From IMG/VR virus record IMGVR_UViG_3300005336_000001, positions 1 through 64,000 of that record: 64,000 nucleotides of DNA. One strand, given 5' to 3'. The notes under the pieces were generated by a model. It did not search any database, had not been told where the DNA came from, and worked only from the letters and a program-made list of their open reading frames with translations. Numbering within the stretch: the stretch's first letter is position 1; the number at the start of each line of letters is the position of its first letter. Shown here in pieces: positions 1 to 8,289 of this stretch. The position numbers and the translations under genes are program-made. Source of the stretch: a virus.

Positions 1-130
1 AGTGGTGGATATGGCATCCATAGGATCTGTTTTTAGAAATTTCCAAAAAGGATGATAACTGTTCATGCCCATTATTTCACACCAATTATCGTAAGCTTTA
101 TAAACATTCTTTGATGTTACTTCTGTATAC

Positions 131-394
131 TCAGGCATCTTGTGCCTTCCACATTTTCAACAAAGCAAGTCCATTTGGACCGTTGATCAAATTGATTTTT
201 CTCATTACTTCAGGATTATGGATATTAATGTAATTTGCACGTTCATGATCGTATGGATCACCTGTGAATTTTGCGAAAACAATCAATGATTGGATGTGTG
301 AATATTTTACTCCAAGATAGACTTGTGACCAAAGCTCCCAAGCCTTGATGACATCGTTATTTTTGATGACATCGTTATTTTTTGATTTTGACAT
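131..394 (-). CDS. hypothetical protein, GPN-motif paralog 1
   Basis: 87 aa ORF; C-terminal KINLINGPNGLALLKMWK resembles the two neighbouring ORFs. Confidence 0.7.
   Translation of the reverse strand: MSKSKNNDVIKNNDVIKAWELWSQVYLGVKYSHIQSLIVFAKFTGDPYDHERANYINIHNPEVMRKINLINGPNGLALLKMWKAQDA
345..380. repeat. 18-nt tandem duplication (ttgatgacatcgttattt x2), encodes KNNDVI x2
   Basis: Directly visible at 345-362 and 363-380. Confidence 0.9.
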
Positions 395-638
395 GTTTTA
401 CTTCCCACGCTTTGTATAAGGCTTCTGCATTCGGCCCAAGTAGCCAGTGTATTTTTTGATACACTTCATCTGAAACTTCAGTGCCGTCAGCATACGCCCT
501 ATAGGAAATGTTATTGTTTTCTTCAATTCCCAGGAAGATGTAAAATTGACGAGAAGTGTTTTGGTTGCGTGGCATTTTAGTTATCCGCCTATAGGCGGAG
601 TAAGCACGCTGCAATTCACTAAAAGTGATGATTCCCAT
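375..638 (-). CDS. hypothetical protein, GPN-motif paralog 2
   Basis: 87 aa; KIHWLLGPNAEALYKAWEVK; overlaps its neighbours. Confidence 0.7.
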   Translation of the reverse strand: MGIITFSELQRAYSAYRRITKMPRNQNTSRQFYIFLGIEENNNISYRAYADGTEVSDEVYQKIHWLLGPNAEALYKAWEVKHVKIKK

Positions 639-982
639 TAATTGAAACCTAACAGGTCTGACACAAACCAGATGGCAAAAGCCACTACTGCTATTGGTTT
701 CATGTAAAATGACCTAAGTCTTCCTTTTAAGGAATATCGTTTAACTTGCCAAATTTTAAAAACCACTTCTTTATTCGGGCCAAGTAACATGACAATTCTA
801 CTCAATGCTTCAGTATTGGTAGTTATGCTCGGTGTAGACCATGTCCTGTTGAACATGTCTTTTATTGGAGGATTGACAAATATGACAAATTCTAACATCC
901 CATTGACTATTCCTCCTTTGTGTAAGACACAAAAGTTGTCAAAGGCTTCAGCAGTCCTGTCACCGGCTTCATCGGGGTGCAT
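638..982 (-). CDS. hypothetical protein, GPN-motif paralog 3 with C-terminal TM segment
   Basis: RIVMLLGPNKEVVFKIWQVK. Start trimmed from 1312 to ATG 982 (AAGGTGA upstream) because 1080-1477 is occupied by + strand genes; start uncertain. Confidence 0.6.
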   Translation of the reverse strand: MHPDEAGDRTAEAFDNFCVLHKGGIVNGMLEFVIFVNPPIKDMFNRTWSTPSITTNTEALSRIVMLLGPNKEVVFKIWQVKRYSLKGRLRSFYMKPIAVVAFAIWFVSDLLGFN

Positions 983-1079
983 AGCATCACCTTGCATGGG
1001 TTTGAGTGTCACGTTAGCATAATCACGTTTTGACTTTGTAAGAAGTAAATACCTCCAAACCTGAAAGGTAGATACGAAC

Positions 1080-1253
1080 ATGGCTAAGCATAATAAAGCA
1101 CATCCGGGATTCAAAGCTGTCGCCAAAAGCGTAGCAAAGAAGGAGAACGTATCACCGGGTCGTGCTGCCGCAATTGTAGCAGCAGGAGCACGTAATGCTT
1201 CCAAGGCTGCGCATAGGGCCAACCCGAGGCTGAACAAAGTCAAGGGTAAATGA
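1080..1253 (+). CDS. small basic phage protein (57 aa, MAKHNKAHPGFKAVAK...NPRLNKVKGK), absent from ORF track
   Basis: Manual translation; GAAAGG upstream; ATGA overlap with 1250 ORF. Confidence 0.75.
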   Translation: MAKHNKAHPGFKAVAKSVAKKENVSPGRAAAIVAAGARNASKAAHRANPRLNKVKGK

Positions 1254-1477
1254 AGGTCACAGGTGTCACAGCTTTTGATCAACTTAAGATAAGGATAAAT
1301 GACGTTTTGCATCTATCCTTATCTTTGAACAAGTTTGTAGGTTTGCAGTCTTGGCAATTTGAATCCAGACAGAGTTACTTTATTGAATTGACACTAGAGG
1401 GTGGTGTGATAACCACAGAGTATGATTCGTTTGAATTGTGGAAACAAGTGTTAGTGGAACTAGACAGTCTTCTTTAA
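1250..1477 (+). CDS. hypothetical protein
   Basis: 75 aa; translationally coupled; stop abuts tRNA. Confidence 0.7.
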   Translation: MKVTGVTAFDQLKIRINDVLHLSLSLNKFVGLQSWQFESRQSYFIELTLEGGVITTEYDSFELWKQVLVELDSLL

Positions 1478-1564
1478 GCTGGCTTGGCTGAGTGGCCGAA
1501 AGCAACGGGATTGTAATCCGTAGTGGAAACACCATCGCAGGTTCGAATCCTGTGGCCAGCTCCA
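1478..1564 (+). tRNA. tRNA-Thr(UGU) with atypical long variable arm
   Basis: Acceptor GCTGGCT/GGCCAGC + T-CCA; D arm GCT..AGC; anticodon arm ACGGG-ATTGTAA-TCCGT; 15-nt variable arm; T arm GCAGG-TTCGAAT-CCTGT. Confidence 0.85.
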
Positions 1565-1640
1565 CTATTCTTGTCCATCTTGACTTTCTGCCAGAAGATC
1601 AACTATCTAAGTGATAGTTCATGCTTAGGCAGAGGGTAAA

Positions 1641-1877
1641 ATGGCTGAAAGTGATTTCGTTACTGGCACCGTCAAGTGGTTCAATCCTGAAAAGGGATAC
1701 GGCTTCGTCGTCCATGACGGTAAAGATGTATTCTTGCATAGCAAGAGACTGAGGGAATCAGGCATCGTAGTTCCCAACACCACAAAGAATGGTGTTCTTG
1801 ATCCTGGTGATGCAATCAAATTCAGAATTGAGGATGGCCCCAAGGGAGTTTATGCCATAGAAATTTCTAAGGTGTGA
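1641..1877 (+). CDS. csp: cold-shock domain RNA-binding protein
   Basis: [14 protein letters not shown] and DVFLH (RNP1/RNP2). Confidence 0.95.
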   Translation: MAESDFVTGTVKWFNPEKGYGFVVHDGKDVFLHSKRLRESGIVVPNTTKNGVLDPGDAIKFRIEDGPKGVYAIEISKV

Positions 1878-1878
1878 C

Positions 1879-2130
1879 ATGGGTTCCCCAAACCTAGACG
1901 AAATCACAACCACTACAACAAGGAGCAAGCCTATGTCTGAAGAGGGTGGAAAATACGATGTCGGACCCAACGCCCCGCCAAAGTCAGGTCCTCCCGGCCC
2001 CAGCGGCCCTGCTCAAATCCCCACAGCCCCAGCCAAAGAAAACACTGGGCACGTTCGTGGTGGTGTGAGGGATGGCAAACTTCGCAACAGTGGAAATTCT
2101 GGCGCACATCGTATTGGTAAAAAGAAATGA
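1879..2130 (+). CDS. small disordered basic protein (possible start 1933)
   Basis: C-terminal GKLRNSGNSGAHRIG shared with next ORF. Confidence 0.7.
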   Translation: MGSPNLDEITTTTTRSKPMSEEGGKYDVGPNAPPKSGPPGPSGPAQIPTAPAKENTGHVRGGVRDGKLRNSGNSGAHRIGKKK

Positions 2131-2441
2131 AGAAGAAAGTACGCGCACAACCTACCGTTCCGTACTATTCTAATGAGCCTGCTGTTAGCAAGAAGCTAAT
2201 GGCAGACACAATGCCAGTTCCAAGTGGCTCACTTGGAAACAAGACACCCAAGATGGTGGACAAGAACCCCGGCAGGCTTTCAGGCGTTGCCGGGTTTGCG
2301 AGTAAATCAGCTCCGACCACCAAAAAATCAGGCATCACTGTTGCCAAGCTTGGCTCCAAATCAGGGGCACCGCAACAAGGTAAACTTCGTTCTAGTGGCA
2401 ATGCTGGGGCGCACCGGATTGGTCTTAAAACCAAAATCTGA
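2127..2441 (+). CDS. small Lys-rich protein
   Basis: ATGA coupling; C-terminal GKLRSSGNAGAHRIG. Confidence 0.75.
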   Translation: MKKKVRAQPTVPYYSNEPAVSKKLMADTMPVPSGSLGNKTPKMVDKNPGRLSGVAGFASKSAPTTKKSGITVAKLGSKSGAPQQGKLRSSGNAGAHRIGLKTKI

Positions 2442-2452
2442 TTGGAACGATT

Positions 2453-2977
2453 ATGACAGTAGAAATTAATCTTTCAGATATTGGTGGACAGGAAGAGCTG
2501 TTTGCCGAGGCTGTTGAGAAGCACATTGCAAAGCTCCATGCCTTTAACAAGACCATCGGGCAACCACGGCCTACTGCTAGCCCTTTGATTGAGACAGCCG
2601 TCAAGCGTGTTCAAGAAAAAGGGAAGCCTGACACTTATGTGGCTGACTACAAGATCATCACCCCACCTCCTCCTCCACCTCTGAGCCTTGATGATCTTAA
2701 GGCACAAATTTACATGCGTCTCTCAATGGCTGAGAGCGCGGCTAAGGATAAAATCCTTCCTCCACGCAAGAAGCGCCTGTTGTCAGTACAGTATGATCAA
2801 GCTCTTTTGAAGAAGGAAGACGATCGTACTGCTGAAGATAATGAAAACATTAACAATTTTCTTGCCATTAATAAAAGTTGGCTCGACATCAGTCTTATTG
2901 CCGCAAAGGCTGAGGCAGTAATAGACGATATGACAGAGGCTGATATCGCTGCTTGGCAACCACCTGACTTTGGATAA
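2453..2977 (+). CDS. hypothetical protein
   Basis: 174 aa ORF in operon with SD. Confidence 0.75.
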   Translation: MTVEINLSDIGGQEELFAEAVEKHIAKLHAFNKTIGQPRPTASPLIETAVKRVQEKGKPDTYVADYKIITPPPPPPLSLDDLKAQIYMRLSMAESAAKDKILPPRKKRLLSVQYDQALLKKEDDRTAEDNENINNFLAINKSWLDISLIAAKAEAVIDDMTEADIAAWQPPDFG

Positions 2978-2981
2978 GACT

Positions 2982-3602
2982 ATGTTCGATAAGATCAAGT
3001 TTGTTAAATTAGCTACAAGACCTGCTCCATATGTGTACAAGGCAGGAAAAAAGATAAGCCGCCCACATGGCTATAAGGTGGTTAGTCAGAAACAGTTGAA
3101 GGCCCTGCGTGCGGGAGCGGTTCCCGCTACAAAAGTTCTTAATCCCTATGGGAAGTTTGGTGACTGCCGCAGATCACGTTACCGGGCCACGTTTCATAAG
3201 CGTGAATTGAAACCAGCTTGGAGAGATCTGACAATGACACGTAAACGCCTTAAACTTCAGTCGAAACAAGCAATGGCTCTTGAAGCACACGAGCTTCAAC
3301 AGCTTGCTCGTGAGAATGCTACTGCTGCCATGCGTACCTTGATTGAGATTTCAAAGAACAAGCGTGCCCCTGAGGCTACTCGTATTGCAGCCTCATCCGT
3401 TATCCTTGACCGTGGCTACGGTAAGGCATCGCAAACCAGTTTCACAGCGAATGTAGGCAATGGCAAAACGAGCGATATCCCAGCCGAGCAGCTCGAAAAA
3501 CGAGTTGAACAGGCTCTCAAGCGAGTTGAAGAGCTTACTCGACGAACGCCAAAAGCGGAGCCGAGCAAAAAACGACCTGCTAACCTACGCATCCTTAATT
3601 AA
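2982..3602 (+). CDS. putative terminase small subunit
   Basis: Immediately upstream of and overlapping TerL; helical RIAASSVILDRGYGK motif; start uncertain. Confidence 0.6.
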   Translation: MFDKIKFVKLATRPAPYVYKAGKKISRPHGYKVVSQKQLKALRAGAVPATKVLNPYGKFGDCRRSRYRATFHKRELKPAWRDLTMTRKRLKLQSKQAMALEAHELQQLARENATAAMRTLIEISKNKRAPEATRIAASSVILDRGYGKASQTSFTANVGNGKTSDIPAEQLEKRVEQALKRVEELTRRTPKAEPSKKRPANLRILN

Positions 3603-5127
3603 CATTCCATCAGGCCCCCTCCGCGAGGAGGGTGAGAATGAAGAGTTCAAGCCACGGAAGCATTTGTTCGGAGCGCACCACCTTCTGTGGCTTGACTGTC
3701 TTCAACAAGTTGAAGATGGAAAAATAAAAAGATTGATGGGGCTGCTGCCTCCGGGCAGTGGCAAATCTATTTATACGTCAGTGGTGTTCCCCACCCACAT
3801 TATGGGGCGCTTTAGAAGCACTAATATCATCGTAGCAAGTTACGGCAGTGAACTTCCACGTAAGTTCGGCCGTCGTGCCCGTTCCATTACACAACAGCCA
3901 ATCTATAATCGCATTTTTGACACCGTATTGTCTGAGGACAGCAAAGCGGCTGATGAATGGGCGCTTGCAAATGGCAGTGAGTGGATGGCAGCCGGTATCC
4001 TGACTGGTATCACTGGTAACCGTGCTGATGGTGTTATTTGGGACGATTTGATTAAAGGCCGTGAACAGGCGGACTCACCTGTGGTCAGGCAAAAAACATG
4101 GGAGGCTTATGTTGACGATCTCCTAACCCGTAAGAAACCTCGAGCTTGGGAAATTGGTATTACCACACGCTGGCATGAAGACGATGTGGCTGGTCGGATC
4201 CTTCCCGAGAATTACAACGGTGAAAGTGGGCTCATACAGTGCCGAGATGGAAATGAATGGTTCGTCGTCTGCTTGCCAGCAGAGTGTGAACGTGATGACG
4301 ATATCCTCGGACGAAAGAAGGGTGATATTTTATGGCCTGAGTGGTTCACACCAGAAATGTTTGCCCCATTCAAGCGCAATCCTCGCACATGGTCATCGCT
4401 TTATCAGCAACGACCCGCCCCTGACAGTGGTGTGCTCTTCAAAGGTGAGTGGCTGAAAGTCTATGAGAAGGACCCACGCACTGGGATGCCTCAAGGCATG
4501 GAGCCCGGTGACCTTAACGTCTATGGAGCTAGTGATTATGCGGTTACTGACGGTCGTGAGAATTATACCGTGCATATTGTCATCGGTCTCGATAGCAAAA
4601 ACAATATGTATGTGTTGGATTTGTACAGAGAACAGGTGACTTCCGACAAGTGGGTGGAAAGTTTTATTGACCTCTGCAAGAAATGGAAGCCATTAGGTTG
4701 GGCTGAAGAAGCCGGTCAGATCAATGCTGGTGTTGGTCCCTTCCTTGTTAAGCGTATGCGTGAGCGCAATTGCTATGTTGCTCGCAAGCAGTTTCCATCC
4801 ACCAAATCAAAAGCCATGCGTGCTCAGAGTATCATCGGTCGTATGGCTTTGAATGGCCTTTACTGTCCGTTCGGTGCTGATTGGTTTGCTGAATTCCGAC
4901 GTGAACTGCTTCTGTTTGATGCTGGCCGTTACGATGACCAAGTAGACGCTTTGGGCTTAATTGGACAAGTGCTGGACAAAATGATCCCGGCTGATGCATC
5001 GTCTGCCGACCGTGGTGAGCCTAAGGTGTTCAATACACATCCTGACCAATGCACGGTTACTCTTGAAGATTTGTTTGAAGCCCGCGAACAACGTGGCACC
5101 AAAATAGGTAATTTGAGGATTCACTGA
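3460..5127 (+). CDS. terL: terminase large subunit
   Basis: Walker A PPGSGKS, Walker B VIWDD, TRWHEDD coupling motif, nuclease DDQVDAL. Confidence 0.95.
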   Translation: MAKRAISQPSSSKNELNRLSSELKSLLDERQKRSRAKNDLLTYASLINIPSGPLREEGENEEFKPRKHLFGAHHLLWLDCLQQVEDGKIKRLMGLLPPGSGKSIYTSVVFPTHIMGRFRSTNIIVASYGSELPRKFGRRARSITQQPIYNRIFDTVLSEDSKAADEWALANGSEWMAAGILTGITGNRADGVIWDDLIKGREQADSPVVRQKTWEAYVDDLLTRKKPRAWEIGITTRWHEDDVAGRILPENYNGESGLIQCRDGNEWFVVCLPAECERDDDILGRKKGDILWPEWFTPEMFAPFKRNPRTWSSLYQQRPAPDSGVLFKGEWLKVYEKDPRTGMPQGMEPGDLNVYGASDYAVTDGRENYTVHIVIGLDSKNNMYVLDLYREQVTSDKWVESFIDLCKKWKPLGWAEEAGQINAGVGPFLVKRMRERNCYVARKQFPSTKSKAMRAQSIIGRMALNGLYCPFGADWFAEFRRELLLFDAGRYDDQVDALGLIGQVLDKMIPADASSADRGEPKVFNTHPDQCTVTLEDLFEAREQRGTKIGNLRIH

Positions 5128-5128
5128 C

Positions 5129-5314
5129 ATGAGCACACAAGGTCTTGTAATTGTTTGGGGTTCGGTAGTCTCAATTGTTTTGGCGATTATTGTTGGTGCG
5201 TTTTTCAAAGCGACACCATGGGGCGGTGCATTGATGGTAACTGGCTTCCTTGGGCTGGTTGGATGGGTGTGTTTCATTATTTGGCTTGTCAATGCTATGA
5301 ATACTGACATCTGA
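5129..5314 (+). CDS. small two-TM membrane protein
   Basis: 61 aa hydrophobic ORF filling the TerL-portal gap. Confidence 0.7.
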   Translation: MSTQGLVIVWGSVVSIVLAIIVGAFFKATPWGGALMVTGFLGLVGWVCFIIWLVNAMNTDI

Positions 5315-5324
5315 AGGAACCAAG

Positions 5325-7940
5325 ATGGCCGAAGTTGAACTTGACCCATTGGCTGGCCCTCAGGGTGGCAAGGAGTCAATCCGTCTTGCTTCCTTCTGGA
5401 ATGATCAAATTGAAAAAATGGGTAAGGACAAAGGCTTTGTCCAATTCATCAAACGTGGTCAAAAGATTGAAGCCCGCTATCGTGACGAGCGCAATAAGTC
5501 TGATGAAGATATGCGCCGCAAATACAATGCACTTTGGTCAAACGTTGAAATCCTGAAACCTGCTGTCTTTGGAAAAACTCCTCTTCCTTTGGCTGAGCGT
5601 AAGTTCGGTGACAAAGATCCTATTGCGCGTGGTGCCGCTCAAATACTTGAGCGTGCCCTTCGCAATGAAATTGAAATCTGTAATTTCAATGAAGCTTTGA
5701 CACAAGCGGTCAGCGATTACTTACTGCCGGGACGTGGCACTGTGTGGGTTCGTTATGAGCCTGAATTTAGCACGGGTATTTCTCTCGGTACTGAAGACAG
5801 TATCGACATGGAAGACAGTGAAGGGCCGTTAGAGCCGGGTCTTGATGATGAAATTGATGAACAGGAGGATCCTGCTGAGACCAAGCTTGAAGAAACAAAC
5901 AGTCAGGTTGTTCGTGAGTCCACCCCTATTGACTATATTCATTGGGAGGATTTCCTCGTTTTCCCAACAAATGCTCGCACGTGGGCTGAGGTTGTGGCCG
6001 TAGGTAAGCGTGTCTATCTGACGTATGAGCAAATGAAAGAGCGTTTTGGCAGGGAGATTGCCAAAGCAATACCTCTTGAAAAGGACGAGAGACAGAAAAA
6101 CAAGTTTGAGAACTCAAACCCTGAGAACGAAGTCAAAGGTCAAGTGTTTGAAATCTGGAACAAAGAGGATCGTAAAGTTTATTGGGTGGCAGAGTCATAT
6201 GACTTCCTGCTCGATCGGAAGGATGACCCGCTTCATCTTGAAGGATTTTTCCCAACACCACGTCCTCTAATTGCGAACCAAACTACTGGCACGCTTATCC
6301 CCGTGGCTGATTACATTCAGTATCAGGATCAAGCCACTCAAATTGACGAGCTGAGCCAACGCATTGCCATGCTTACCCGCGCTTGTAAGGTAGCGGGCGT
6401 CTATGCTGCGAGTGCCAAGGGTATCCAGCGACTTTTGAATGAGTCTGTTGAAAACGAACTCATCCCAGTTGATGACTGGGCTGCTTTTGCTGAGAAGGGT
6501 GGCATTGCTGGACAAGTGTCGTTCCTGCCTCTTAAGGAAATCATCGGCGTTTTGAACGAATTGATGATGCTTAAGCAAAAGCAAATTGAAGAAATGGATC
6601 GTCTTACTGGCATCAACGACCTTATGCGGGGCACAACCGATGCTCGTGAAACATTGGGCGGGCAACGTCTCAAATCCAACTATACTGGCACGCGCCTTTC
6701 AGCACGTCAGAATGAAGTTGCGCGATTTGCGAGAGATACTGTTCGTATTATGGCTGACATTATGGCTCAGCATTTTTCTCCTCAGTCTCTTGTTGAAGCT
6801 TCTGGTGCAATGTTTGAGGAAGGTCTTGGGATAGACCTTGAGAGCGTTCAGGCACAGCAGGCAGCAATCTCTTCTGTGCCACCACAGACCCCGCCTATGT
6901 CGGGCAGTGCAAGTCCGATAATGGGTGGACCGCCCGGTGCACCTCCTGCGGCTCCCACACCGGCCCCGATGGGGGGTGCACCGGCACCAATGCCTGTGGG
7001 TGGGCCTCCTCGTCTACCTATGCCCCCTCCTGCTCCCATGGGTGGCAACGTTGTTCCGTTCCAACCACGCCCCGGAGCTATGCCCGGTGGCGGTGCCCCC
7101 GGCATGCCTGTCACAGCCCCGCCTGTCGCGCCGGGTCTGCCTATGCCTTTACCCCCTGATCCCATGCAAATCGCGCTGGGTGAGGCTGTAAAGCGCATTG
7201 ACGCAGCCATTGGGCTGCTCCGCAATGAACGCTTGCGCGGCTTCAGGGTGGATATTGAGGTCGATTCCACGATTTTCAGCGATGCGGCTCAAGAAAAGGG
7301 TGATCGCACTGAATTTATCTCAGAAGTTACAAAATATCTTCAAACTTCTATGGCTATGTCAGCACAAGTTCCAGAAATTACTCCACTTTTGGGCAAATTA
7401 TTGCAATTTGGTGTTCGTGGCTTCCGTGTTGGCCGCGACCTTGAGTCCACCATTGAAGAATTCTGTGATCAGGCGGTAAAAATTGCGAAACAGAAGCAAG
7501 CAGCGGCAGCCGCTCAACCAAATCCTGAACAAATCAAAGCGCAGGCTCAGGCTGTGCAAGCACAGGCTACCTCGCAGGCAGCAACTGTGCGCGCTCAAGC
7601 AGATATCCAGAAGTCTAACAACGATATTCAGACTTCACAGCAAGATGCTGCCTCTCAACAGCAACAGGCACAGGCTGAGGTAGCTCGTCAAGCGCTTGAG
7701 ATGCAGGGTGAGCAACAGAATAGCCAAGCTGACATGATGATGAAGCAAATGGAAGTCAGAATGCGTCAAATGGAACTTGAACTGGAGAAAATGCGCCTTG
7801 AGTCTGAGAACAAACAGATGGAATCTGATCAACGTATTGCCAAGTCTGATGAAAAGATTGCACAGACACAAGCAAAGGCAGCAGTGCAAGCTGCAAAAGT
7901 GAAACCAACTAATCCATCGAGTATGGACGGAGCAGCATAA
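5325..7940 (+). CDS. portal protein (P22-like, with coiled-coil barrel and Pro-rich insert)
   Basis: 871 aa after TerL; Q-rich coiled-coil C-terminus; position before scaffold and capsid. Confidence 0.85.
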   Translation: MAEVELDPLAGPQGGKESIRLASFWNDQIEKMGKDKGFVQFIKRGQKIEARYRDERNKSDEDMRRKYNALWSNVEILKPAVFGKTPLPLAERKFGDKDPIARGAAQILERALRNEIEICNFNEALTQAVSDYLLPGRGTVWVRYEPEFSTGISLGTEDSIDMEDSEGPLEPGLDDEIDEQEDPAETKLEETNSQVVRESTPIDYIHWEDFLVFPTNARTWAEVVAVGKRVYLTYEQMKERFGREIAKAIPLEKDERQKNKFENSNPENEVKGQVFEIWNKEDRKVYWVAESYDFLLDRKDDPLHLEGFFPTPRPLIANQTTGTLIPVADYIQYQDQATQIDELSQRIAMLTRACKVAGVYAASAKGIQRLLNESVENELIPVDDWAAFAEKGGIAGQVSFLPLKEIIGVLNELMMLKQKQIEEMDRLTGINDLMRGTTDARETLGGQRLKSNYTGTRLSARQNEVARFARDTVRIMADIMAQHFSPQSLVEASGAMFEEGLGIDLESVQAQQAAISSVPPQTPPMSGSASPIMGGPPGAPPAAPTPAPMGGAPAPMPVGGPPRLPMPPPAPMGGNVVPFQPRPGAMPGGGAPGMPVTAPPVAPGLPMPLPPDPMQIALGEAVKRIDAAIGLLRNERLRGFRVDIEVDSTIFSDAAQEKGDRTEFISEVTKYLQTSMAMSAQVPEITPLLGKLLQFGVRGFRVGRDLESTIEEFCDQAVKIAKQKQAAAAAQPNPEQIKAQAQAVQAQATSQAATVRAQADIQKSNNDIQTSQQDAASQQQQAQAEVARQALEMQGEQQNSQADMMMKQMEVRMRQMELELEKMRLESENKQMESDQRIAKSDEKIAQTQAKAAVQAAKVKPTNPSSMDGAA

Positions 7941-8245
7941 TGCCTACTTTTGTGTATCGTAATGGCAAGATCATCGATAAACGTGACGCGCCCCCAAGGG
8001 AGGGAGTTCATGGTTCAGCGAATTATGTCATCAGTGATGAAATGGCTCCGACACGTCATATGGCCGATGGCAAATACTACACCAGCAAAGTCAAATTCAG
8101 ACAAGCCACTCGTGCAGCCGGTTGCGTTGAAGTCGGTAACGAAACGAAGACCGTTCTGACACCACGCAAGCCCATTGAACTTGACAGAGGGGCTCGACGG
8201 GAGGCTATCCAACGTACTATCCACGAACTTAGAAATAAGCGTTAA
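7940..8245 (+). CDS. hypothetical head-module protein
   Basis: TAATG coupling to portal; 101 aa. Confidence 0.75.
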   Translation: MPTFVYRNGKIIDKRDAPPREGVHGSANYVISDEMAPTRHMADGKYYTSKVKFRQATRAAGCVEVGNETKTVLTPRKPIELDRGARREAIQRTIHELRNKR

Positions 8246-8289
8246 CTTAAACGGCTCGCACAAGCTGGCCATAGCAAGGAGTAAGTTCT

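Noticed and set aside
983-1312. Long N-terminal extension of the 638-1312 ORF
   Set aside because: Antisense to better-supported coupled + strand genes 1080-1253 and 1250-1477.
1478-1564. tRNA-Tyr(GUA) call
   Set aside because: GTA is centred only with a 6-nt loop and a broken stem; the 5-7-5 register gives TGT.
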